In this document: positions 1 to 11,244 of the stretch, piece after piece | How positions within the stretch are numbered: the stretch's first letter is position 1 | Layout of the letters: each line of letters begins with the position of its first letter | Source: Neophaeotheca triangularis | Lineage: Eukaryota | DNA: 20,000 nt | Direction of reading: 5' to 3' | Assembly: GCA_054600435.1 (NCBI GenBank) | Contig: BAAIJX010000074.1 | Location: forward strand, 59,103-79,102 | Notes under the pieces: generated by a model | Told to the model about the DNA's origin: nothing | What the model saw: only the letters and a program-made list of their open reading frames with translations | The model's database searches: none | Program-made: the position numbers and the translations under genes

Positions 1-3000
1 CTCCGATCAGCGTCTACCGAATGGGGAAAGTTTCCTAGCCTGTCCCCGTAGGTAGGCTGTAGGAGGTAGGTCCCGCTCGACAACATGAGGCACCGCGGCG
101 CTTGCTCGCCGGAGTGAAGATGAGGCAATAACAAAACGATTCTTTGCAATCTTGTCAAAGGAGTATTTCAGTTTGTGGACAACCCCCCTTTTCCCAGTCC
201 GGGGTCGCTTCGGGCTGGCTAAGCACTAGGTTGCGAGGATCAACTTACTGCCGAAACATTACCTAAGTACAATACATGCAAGTTTTGTACATTGAATGCC
301 GCCAAAGGACACGGAATAGATAGACAGTAGTATTTCTTGCACGATGGCGTATACACTTCTCTCTTCTGGCGTCAAAGTTCGTGAAGTCTCTGGGCGGCGC
401 TGTTTCATGATTTGCCTTTCGAGCTGGTGCCGCCCAATCTTCATCCACTCTGTGATCCAGCCCTGTTAAATGATTTGAAGTCGTTCCCACCACCCTTTTG
501 GGCAACAAGACCGGTCCGAACTATCTACGTACGCTCGCTCCTATACCCACGAGAAGAACTGTGGTACTGCTACTAGCACCTTCGGCGGCCCCCCCACCGT
601 CTAGAGGCTCTACCATCAGATTGTGAATTTGTGGTCACCCGATGATGCCTCCTCATACCGGCAATGGCCAATACTTGCTGTGCCGAACGGAGATATTTCG
701 ATTTTCAGCCTCTTTATCACGTTTCGCCCGCAATAATGATGATGATAACCGAAGCCTTGCGGCAGGGCTGTCTCCACCCGGTACCCCCCGGCTTCTTCGC
801 GACTTCATCCCCTCCTTCTACACAATTTTTAATTCCTTTCATTAGTCGGTGTTGCGATATTGCGGAGCGCCGAATGCCCGCAATCTACACTTCGGCTTAC
901 CCCCAGGCTCAAAAGTGTTCGGTACACTTATGTATGTATACGCTAATGACAGTTTCCGTCAGGGAAAGGCGGATCGAACTTGTTGTTGATCGTTGATCTG
1001 CAGTACCTTTCTACCTACCTACCTAATCAGCGCGATTCTCCAACACCGGCGGGGGCCTTCTTTTTGCGGGCAAGCATTGGCAACTTGCCCACCTTACTCA
1101 TGCGTAGGCAAACCATTTGCGAGTCGTGACTTGTCGCGACTCGCAGCACTAGAGCAGCATCCAGGGCATAGGCTTTCCAGCTAATAACTTGTCACGACGG
1201 GCCTGGCCTGAAGTTTGATCGGAACACGCCGTAGACCCTAGTCTAGCCAGTGTCTCAATACTCGACTTGGCAATAATAATGTAGGTACGCGAATTAGGTT
1301 CTCGCTTGAATAATAACAATATCACGTGGGCGACCCATATGTGCATAGCTGAGCGGTCAGACACGCTGCTGTCGACAACTGCACCACTGTCGCAAGGCTG
1401 TCATGCAAGGTTTACAGCCCTGTCATGATATAGTCTTCATCAGCCACAACTAAATCAGACTGACTCGCACGCCTTTGTCGTCACCCACCTACTCCCCCTG
1501 TCTGAAACGGTTTTGACGCCGACCTCGGGCATAGGTTCATCACAACCTGAGATAGGAGCCGCCACTGTGTAATAAATTGCATAGCGTAACGTTGCGTCGA
1601 ACGAGCGTTCGATCTGGGTCCAACAACAAACGGCTCTGGAAATCGAGCCTAGGTTCAAGATGCCTATCACCTGGACTCCACCTCCGTTGATTGTGTTTTT
1701 TGTTAGTAATTTCCTCCCTCTGAAGCTTCCTTTCCTTCACAACCGACCGAGAAGTGTTGTTAGATGTTAGCCGACTCGGCTTCTAATAACACTCCAGCTC
1801 GTGCCTTACCCCTTGGGGCCGTGCAGGCCACCACATCAGGAGTAAAGAACAAAACAAATAATAATGCGCCAACTCCGCCCTGACAACTCGTGACAAGAAG
1901 CTTAGTACAGCCATTCGCCACGGAACGGCCTTCGCAGCTGCTTGCCGGCCGACTAGGTAGCGAGAGCTTCACCGATATAGCTCTGGCGGTGAGTGAGTGG
2001 CCGAAATGCCAACACACCTGGTGACGCATCGCACCATCACGCCACCTCGAGCACCATCGCAGCGATAGATCATAGAGGTGTGGTAGTGGTAGTGGAGTGC
2101 GCAAGCTGCGTGCCTCCAGGCTCTTCCCTTGAATTTGCATAGAGGCACCAGCCACCGGGATCGGTGTCAAGCGAAGATCGACGCAGGCATGCCGCATGGG
2201 TTAGGAGGTTGTACAACCACCAACCGACGGCTATCGGCTGAGACTCGATCCGCCACACGAGAGTTTCGGCTCTCACGTGCTCTCGACACAATGCCAAGTT
2301 CGTATACGAGAAAGGTAAGGAAAATGTATAGTTACTGGTGTAGCTAGTTATTCCACGAGCTGTGGAGCAGCGTGTTCTGCACCCTGCGTCCTTGAAGTTT
2401 TTCAAACGGTGAAGTGAAGATAGGTAGTAATAAGTATCCAAGTAGTAGTATACACCGCGCAGTGAGCACGAAGAATGCCCACCGCCAAGGAAGACTCATC
2501 GAAACATCGACGACACCTTCTCCGCTGTCGCGCACCGGCGCGTTCGGTAACCCTAACAGATGACGGTGGAGGTGTCGTGTCAATAATATCAATAATAATA
2601 ATAAGAGGCCCACCTTCTGCTGCACCGAAGAACCCTCTCCCAAAACCTATGGGAGGTAGGGCTTCACGTTGCACCGTCTACTATGATACAAGTGGAGCAA
2701 TGCGAATCGAATTAATACCTACTGCTCCAGTTCTTCGGCCAAAAACGTGAAACTCACTCATTGTTATTACTACATACCCACCATGCCTTACCTTGTATCA
2801 AGCGATCCGATCGACCGCAGGCGGTCAGTCGTCGCGGTGGCCGCGCTCACCGCCACAGTTCAGCCAGCATTGAACAGGCATGACTTCACCCGAACGAAAA
2901 AGGATGAGGGAGAAAACTCGGGTGCTGGCATTAACTTAATGCCAAAGAAAGTCTCAGCTAGGAAATGGGCAGTCACAAAAAGGTAAGCGCATCGAGCCTG

Positions 3001-3197
3001 GAGACTACTGGAGACACCGGGCGAGACGGTCAGTCAGTCACGTTCCCCCGTCCTGCGCGATTCAGCAATCGTTCTCTTCTCCACGTCGACCAACGCTCCA
3101 ACAGCACCGCCCACGATCCGGCCGCGCCGCCCACGCGCACAGTAGTGCACACATTCGGCGGCGAGCCTCTCGAACCATTGCGGAGACACCACTCTTC

Positions 3198-4841
<1,644 letters not shown>

Positions 4842-4910
4842 GGTTCAGAAGCGTCTTCTACACGGTGGATGACAGAAAACAAAACAACAGGGGCTCTGGG
4901 AGTTAGTTGT

Positions 4911-4920
4911 CCTTATATGG
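4911..4920 (-). promoter_or_regulatory. TATA-like element (TATAA on - strand) embedded in a CArG-type CC(A/T)6GG sequence upstream of the GH1 gene
   Basis: CCTTATATGG lies about 70 nt upstream of the ATG at 4841. Motif match and position only. Confidence 0.4.
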
Positions 4921-5844
4921 GAAGATGACTCCTCAGACTAGGACCGAAACGACACGGAGAATGCGACATCCTTGCCGTCAAGGTAGTCCAGGGCGAACGC
5001 AGAGGGATCCTCTGCCGTCATTCCGACAGTAATGTGTCAGATCATGGTCGGTCGTCGGTTAGCACCCTTGGACCATCGCACAGCTCGCAGCTCGCGTCTT
5101 GGTATATCTATATAGGCAGAATGTTGGTGGTTGAGATTCTGCCAGAACTGAGGGGCAGGAGGGGTTGGATTCGCTTGGAATCTCTGGGGTTGGCGGTCAC
5201 CGGGTATTCGGGGCGATGTTCCCGCGAGTAACTTGGGACTTTTCACACTCTCTCTCCTGTGTGTGTTGTTTGTTCAGATATCTTCGAATGCCAGATGGCT
5301 ATAGAGGATTCCTCGGGTACAACGAATGAGCTGCATCGTTGATGCGACAGATTGACTTGATCTGACCCGCTTGGCTTGATTGATCTATCTCAATTGAACG
5401 TTATATCGACGTTTTGCAGTGCTTGCAAGCACTCTCTCCTCTCTCCCTTGACTATGATACCGAACGATAACAGTCTAGGTCTCAAGACGATCAAGCGTTG
5501 GCATCTTGAGCTGTACGGTAGGGTTCGACGAGGGTGCTCTTGCCCTCCGTGAAGGCAAAGGTTTCACATCAAAGCTTGCTATTGATCAAGGCGAACGGGC
5601 CTCCTGCAGCATGTTCAGTGGGAACTCACTTCTCAGTCTCTGAAGCCCATCAAGCCAGGGTAGCTGCTTGGATTGAGATTGCTCGTGAAAATCACGCGTA
5701 AGCGTGGCCACAGACTTTTCGTGAAGCAAATAGTAGCTAGCACAATCCAACACAAATACTGAACAGTAACCCCCTAAATCCAAAGCCCAAACAGAAATTC
5801 AACACAAGCACTCAGACTCCAACCTCCTGCACGCCCCCATCCAC

Positions 5845-8001
5845 TCAGTGCAAAGCATTCTTAGCATACTGCAAAAAGTCCACCCCATACTCATCCACAT
5901 TCAAAACCCCCTCGCTCCCATCCCACAACAAGATCCCCCCAAAATTCTCCACATACAGCTCCCTAGCAAGGCTGATCTCCGAACTCAACCCCGCACCCTC
6001 CACATACCCCGTGCCAGCGCCCTCCCAAGCGCCAACACCTACAAACAACCTAGGCTCCACACCATCACTCGCCGAACTATCGAAACCCGTCGAATTGGCG
6101 AGCAGCTCGCTCCACGCATCGAAACTGTCCTGGAACCCCTCGCTGCCGAGCTCGCACGCGGGATTGTCGTAGAATTGCACCCAGACGAAATCGGAGAGCA
6201 ACAAAGCGCCGATGGGGATGCTAGGGTCGGGGATCGGGCACGCGGGCGCTGTGGAGAGGTAGTAAGTCTTGCTGTCGTCTTGGGAGAATTGCGAGCGCAG
6301 GGCGAGAGCAAAGGTCGTGTAGGAGGCCGTTTCTTGGTTTTCGTTTGCGATGTCGAAACCGTCGACGACGATGTCTGGGCCGAAAGGGCGGAGCTCGGAG
6401 GTCTCGCCGTCGCCGCCGCCGAAGAGGTTCCAGAGCGTTGCCGCGAGCTGTACGGCTTGGTCGTCGCTCGTGAAGGAGGTGTTGCTGCTTTCGCCGCCCA
6501 GGGAGACGAGGACTTTTTTGCCTAGGGCTTGGCAGGCGGCGATTTCGGGAGCGAGGGTTGCGCAGTCTGAGAGGCCTGGGGCTTGGGTCTCTTGGAAGGC
6601 GTTGGGGCCTGTGCATCCGGGGCCGAAGTCGATGGAAGGGTAGCCGCGGGGGTATGTGAAGGAGAAGAGGAAGGCGAGGTTGACGATGTCGACGTTGGGG
6701 TCTTGGCAGAGGGAGACTAGGCCGCCGACTTCGGTTGCTTGGGTTTGTCCGTAGTAGACTGCTACGTTGTCTTCCGAGGAGGCGTCGAAGCTGTAGTCTG
6801 TGGGTACTGGTTGAATTGCGGGTGTTGGTTGCGTATTGTTGGCCCAAGTTGCGTTACCTGTGCCGATGGGTGGAACGAATGTAGTCGTAGCTGCGACCGT
6901 TGAGGTGGAAGTCAGAGTAGTGTCACGTTCTGGGCAAGGAACCAGAGGGCCAGCACCGGCCGGGCGGCAAAGGGATGTAGCTGGTGGAGTGGGCGGAAGG
7001 GGAATGGCAGAAACAGTCCCGACATCGGTAGTAATGTCCGGCGTGAGAGTCACCTCGGGTAGAGTTGGCAAGACTACAGTCGGGACACTTTCGTCAGGCG
7101 GAGGGATCGTAGGCTGTGCGGGAGGAGGGACGCCACTAGTCACCAAGCTCGAGAGCACGTCTTCAAGGCCTTGGAGACGGTCTTGCATGGCCATGATGAA
7201 AGCGAGAAGGTCGTTTGGAAGGTTGTTCAAGCCCTCTTCAATATGCTGAATGTCTTGAATGAGGTTTGCGCCAGCTGAAGGGGGAGGAGCGGGGGCGCTG
7301 ATCAAGATGGGCGTTGGCGCCTCTGCTATGAGAGTGGGTTCGGGACCTTGCTCAAAGGGGATGGCGGCGGTTTCGAACGGGACATCAAGATTGGTGGGAG
7401 CAGGCATGATTGGGATGACCTCGGGAGACAGGTCGGTAGGGATGGGTATTATTGGTATGGTCGTCAAGGGCATGTCGCTCACACTTTCAGTCTCGATGGG
7501 GTTCGGGAAAGGCAAGATCGAGTACATCAGTTCTTCCTCGCTGGCAGTAGCAGGAAGCGTTTCGATCGGCAGAGGCTCGGCGTCGGTGACCATATGGGTC
7601 TCAATGGGCATCGGGAAAGGGAGGATTGAAAACATCTGCTCCTCCTCTTCTTCAGGGACCGTGGCATCAGTTTCGACCGGGCCAGGGATGTCTTCAACGT
7701 TATCGGTTCCGATGGGCATAGGGAACGGGAGAATGGACATCATGGGCTCCTCTTCCGTCATGGTCATGTCGCTGACGTTGTCGGTCTCGATGGGCATCGG
7801 GATGGGGACAATGGACATCATCGAATCGTCCTCTATCACCGGCACTGCTGAAGCTTCCTCCTGACGGTGATGATGTCTGTGGCCATGGTAGCGGTCTAAG
7901 CCGTGTGCACCCCTACGGTGAGCGGACTCGGCTCTCGCGAGGGCCGTTAGAGATAACGATAGAAAGAGCGAAGAGCGGAGGAACGAATGTGTTGGCGCCA
8001 T
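5845..8001 (-). CDS. Secreted GH18 class III (Cts1/hevamine-like) chitinase-like protein, 718 aa, intronless; C-terminal GH18 domain at about 6795-5848
   Basis: Hydrophobic signal peptide at the N-terminus. The C-terminal domain has NVAVYYGQ, DIVNLAF, CQALGKKVLVSLGG, LWNLFG, RPFG..VVDGFDIANE, YYLSTAPACPIPD, WVQFYDNPAC and FGGILLWD, typical of class III chitinases. The catalytic motif deviates from DxxDxDxE. Confidence 0.93.
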   Translation of the reverse strand: MAPTHSFLRSSLFLSLSLTALARAESAHRRGAHGLDRYHGHRHHHRQEEASAVPVIEDDSMMSIVPIPMPIETDNVSDMTMTEEEPMMSILPFPMPIGTDNVEDIPGPVETDATVPEEEEEQMFSILPFPMPIETHMVTDAEPLPIETLPATASEEELMYSILPFPNPIETESVSDMPLTTIPIIPIPTDLSPEVIPIMPAPTNLDVPFETAAIPFEQGPEPTLIAEAPTPILISAPAPPPSAGANLIQDIQHIEEGLNNLPNDLLAFIMAMQDRLQGLEDVLSSLVTSGVPPPAQPTIPPPDESVPTVVLPTLPEVTLTPDITTDVGTVSAIPLPPTPPATSLCRPAGAGPLVPCPERDTTLTSTSTVAATTTFVPPIGTGNATWANNTQPTPAIQPVPTDYSFDASSEDNVAVYYGQTQATEVGGLVSLCQDPNVDIVNLAFLFSFTYPRGYPSIDFGPGCTGPNAFQETQAPGLSDCATLAPEIAACQALGKKVLVSLGGESSNTSFTSDDQAVQLAATLWNLFGGGDGETSELRPFGPDIVVDGFDIANENQETASYTTFALALRSQFSQDDSKTYYLSTAPACPIPDPSIPIGALLLSDFVWVQFYDNPACELGSEGFQDSFDAWSELLANSTGFDSSASDGVEPRLFVGVGAWEGAGTGYVEGAGLSSEISLARELYVENFGGILLWDGSEGVLNVDEYGVDFLQYAKNALH
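7483..7821 (-). repeat. Four dispersed copies of a peptide repeat M-x-S-I-(L/V)-P-(F/I)-P-(M/N)-P-I-(E/G)-T in the GH18 protein N-terminal region
   Basis: MMSIVPIPMPIETD, MMSILPFPMPIGTD, MFSILPFPMPIETH and MYSILPFPNPIETE, separated by acidic linkers in the translation. Confidence 0.9.
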
Positions 8002-8614
8002 TGTAGCTGTTTTACTGATGATTTGCAGATATCGTTGGCGTTTGGAGGAAAGGGGGATACCTACCTGCCGTCTGAGACGTTTACCTACCCTTGATATACC
8101 TATGACTTTGAAGCCAGCAAGCCAGGAGGCTGCAGCAAGAATGAGCTGAATAGGTCACCAGCGTGCTGTCGCACCGCTATACGAGGTTGAAGAGGCCGGG
8201 CCAAGCTTTTCTGCGGCTGGAAATTGCATGGACATAGCATTCCAGTGTCAAAAGCGCGTGTTGAGCGTGGCTTGGTGACGTCCTTGCATGCCGGAGAGCG
8301 AATGTCAGTCTTCTCTTACACGCGGAAAACGACGGTGTCGAATCGTCCTCGTTCTGATGGTTGGTGTTCGACCGGAGCTAGCGAATTGTTTGTCCCCTTG
8401 CCTGTCTCAGCCGTTGATTCGGGCCAACTTTTGACGCAATGTCGACACTCAGCTTTTTTCAGAGGCCAGCAAAGCGTCTTTGCTCGTCGTGTGATCGATC
8501 TAAACCATGCTTATGTACCAGCAGCTAATAGCTTGCAGTGTACGCCTCTCCCGCAGCGCCAATGTACCGCCTCAACACCCTTCTTTTCATGTGATCAATT
8601 TCACGAACGCCCCC

Positions 8615-9510
8615 CTATCCATCAATTTTCAATCTCTTGTTCCTTAGACCGCTCTCACCAACCTCATCAACCTCCGCCTCAGCCATACTCTCATCCTCGT
8701 CCGCGCCCTCGAGCTCGACGACCTGCCACTCAACCCTATTACTCCCATCCCGCGAGCTTTGACCCCCTTTCTGCCTCTTGACCCTCCCAAACCTCCCGTC
8801 CTCAACCATCTCCTCAAACCAGGGCATCCCCCTGCCACGCAGGCGGTCCGCACTCCTAGTAGCGGCCCCGACACCAGGGGTCCTAACAACCTTGCCCACT
8901 TCCTCATTCCAATCATCCTCCTCCTCTTCTTCATCCTTTTCCTCTTCACTACTCCCCAACCCCCCCAAAACCCCCAACCCCTCCAACACCCCCAAACTAC
9001 CCGCCTCCAAACTACCCAGCGTAACCTCCAACCACTCGCCCCCGCCCTCCGCCTCACGCTCACTCCACGCCGTCAAATGCGTGCCACAATAGCCGCAAAA
9101 TTGCTTCCTCGTGGCCAGAACCCCATCCCTCAAACCCCCAATCGCGGGAGCAGAGTGAAAGACCTTCTTAATCGAAGCGTGGGTCTCGTCGGGGAATTGC
9201 GCGTACGTGCTGCTGTGGTACCAGTCGAGGGGGATTTTGAGCCAGGCTGTTATCGGCGCGGCTTGGGATCTGCCTGTTGCATTAGAGACGGGTGGGCGGG
9301 TCAGCGGTACTTGCTTGCTTTGGGGGGATGGGATTGCGCGGAAGTTGCTGGGGGGTTTGAGATATGCTCGAGGGGGCCGGACTTACGGTTCGCGGCGCTG
9401 TTATCGAGGTAGACTTGCGCGTTTGAGGCGCCCGAGTCGGAGGGGAGCGTGATGGTGTATTGATTTCGCTCGCAGGCGCAGGAGCCGTATAGCTCTCTAT
9501 GGGTTGCCAT
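8615..9510 (-). CDS. GFA/CENP-V (Mss4-like) zinc-binding domain protein, 260 aa (exons 9510-9387, 9273-8615)
   Basis: Exon 1 MATHRELYGSCACERNQY... joins through intron 9386-9274 (GTAAGT..CTAAT..CAG) in frame to RRSQAAPITAWLKIPLDW...RKQFCGYCGTHLTAW...LEVTLGSL. The GSCxC and RxFCxxCGTxL motifs fit the GFA fold. Acidic stretch in the middle and basic C-terminal NKRLK. Confidence 0.8.
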
Positions 9511-10018
9511 GTTGACTTTGAACTTTTGGCACACTGCTTGATGAGAAGTTCCAACTAGCTAGTGGGGGTTCCAAGGAATAGCTTGAAGATGTGAGAGAAA
9601 GAGATGCCCTGCAATGCGGCATTGGAGACCTCACATCGAGCGGCTGCGGAGATGAAGCTTGAAGAAAGTTCGAGACCTTACGTCAGATCTGCCCCTTCGG
9701 GTAGCAGCGATAAGAGTGCCACCGGATGCTTCTACAAGTATCAAGCGTGGTGATGTGTGCCTATTGGGAAAGACTTGTGTACTCTAGGTGCACTAGGGAG
9801 AGTGGAAAGAGCGAGGATGGAACCAGAAGATTACAAACTTTGAACTTTCTGTTGTTTCGTGATGTACACTTGGCGAATGCGCTTAGATGCCGTAGCAAAA
9901 TAAGGCCCCATACGCTCCTCTGGTATGATGAATGCGCCCTCAAAACGCGGCTACTACCCAACCCCACCGTAACTCCGGCGCATGCTGCTCAGGGAACGCT
10001 AACAAAATGAATCCTTAC

Positions 10019-11244
10019 TCATCGTGGCATATCACCCAGCAGCATGCTCTTATCCACACTTGCGCTCAACAGCATCGACCCATCCGGCGAGAACCGTACA
10101 TCCGTCACCGCACCCTTGTGACCCGGCAAGCGATGCTTCATCACACCCGATTGGGAGTCCCAGATCGTGACGATGCCCTGGTCCCCACCCACTCCTATCA
10201 GCTTCCCATCCTTACCCCACGAGGCTCTCAGCATGTTGATCGGTCCCTCTCCAGCGTACGCCGCGCCGTCGAAGGTGCGGATGAGCCGGTTTTCTGGCGC
10301 ATAGGGTAGGATGTTCCAGGTCCTTGCAGTGTTGTCGTGAGAAAAGGAGAGCAGCGTGCCGGCATCTGGGGATAGCGATAGGGAAGTGACTGTGTCCGTG
10401 TGTCCTGGGAGGCTGTAGGAGATGCTCTTGTTGCGCAGATCCCAAACACAAATGTCCTCCTCTATCCCACCACTGTACACCTCATTTCCAGTCTCGCCAC
10501 AGCAGACCGCAATAACGCAACGCCCCTCCTCTGTCTGTAGGAAATCGACCGCCTTCTTCTGCCGTGGGTCCCACAGTCCGACATAACCGTCGTCGCTCCC
10601 TGACACCATGAACTCTTCGCCACGTCTGCTGACATCGATGCTGTTGACGATTTCGGTATGGCCAACGTGTCTGCGTATGCGCTCGCCCGTTTCCGCATTC
10701 CAACTCGAGATTTGCTGATCGGCGGAGGCGGTAAAGATGGTGCTCCCATCACGAGACCACTGAAGATCTAGAATGCCGTTCTTGTGTCCAGACATCATGC
10801 CGTAGTTGTCCACAGCACCTGAAGTATTCCATAGTAGGACCTCACGGTCGAAGCCAGCAGAGGCGATGGTTTTGCCGTCGGGACTGAAACGTGCGCAAAG
10901 AACTTCGTCGCGGTGACCTTGAAGATGTTGGCTCTTCTGCTTGCATCATGAAAGAATAGCAGGGGGCGAAGCATACCACTAAGTTCCAACATAGGTGCCG
11001 CAAGACCGGAAGCTGGGGCGCCCTGGCAATCGCATCGCAGTTAGTGGGCTATTGCCTTGAAGAATGCGCTTTCAGCTAGAATGATCTTTCCACTGTAGGC
11101 GAGGGAAGAGAGCAGACTTACACCTTGAATGAGCGCAGTGCTGGTGCCATTGGTGTTTTCAAGGTCGGCCCCCGATCTCTGGCGCTTTACGAGCTGCGAG
11201 CTGCCAAACTGCGCGGACGCTGGTCGCTTCTCGCCAGTCGCCAT
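10019..11244 (-). CDS. spf38: U5 snRNP 40 kDa WD40-repeat protein (SNRNP40/Spf38/Cwf17 orthologue), 355 aa (exons 11244-11122, 11022-10977, 10917-10019)
   Basis: Spliced product reads MATGEKRPA..QLVKRQR..SGLAAPMLELSGHRDEVLCARFSPDG..ASAGFDREVLLWN..NYGMMSGHKNGILDLQWSRDG.., followed by further GH..WD repeats and ending LPGHKGAV..SASVDKSMLLGD. Introns 11121-11023 and 10976-10918 give a 1068-nt CDS. Confidence 0.9.

Noticed and set aside
2198..2205. GGGTTAGG (CCTAACCC on the - strand) as an alternative telomerase template
   Set aside because: Only 8 nt and not the usual permutation; expected by chance.
2947..3194. GAAAGTCTC ... GAGAC motifs resembling RNase P/MRP conserved regions I and V
   Set aside because: The matches are loose, the spacing is wrong for the nearer partner, and the distal partner abuts the GH1 stop codon.
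10013..10018. GTAAGG donor-like site right after the stop codon of the WD40 gene
   Set aside because: No convincing branch site and acceptor at a plausible distance.
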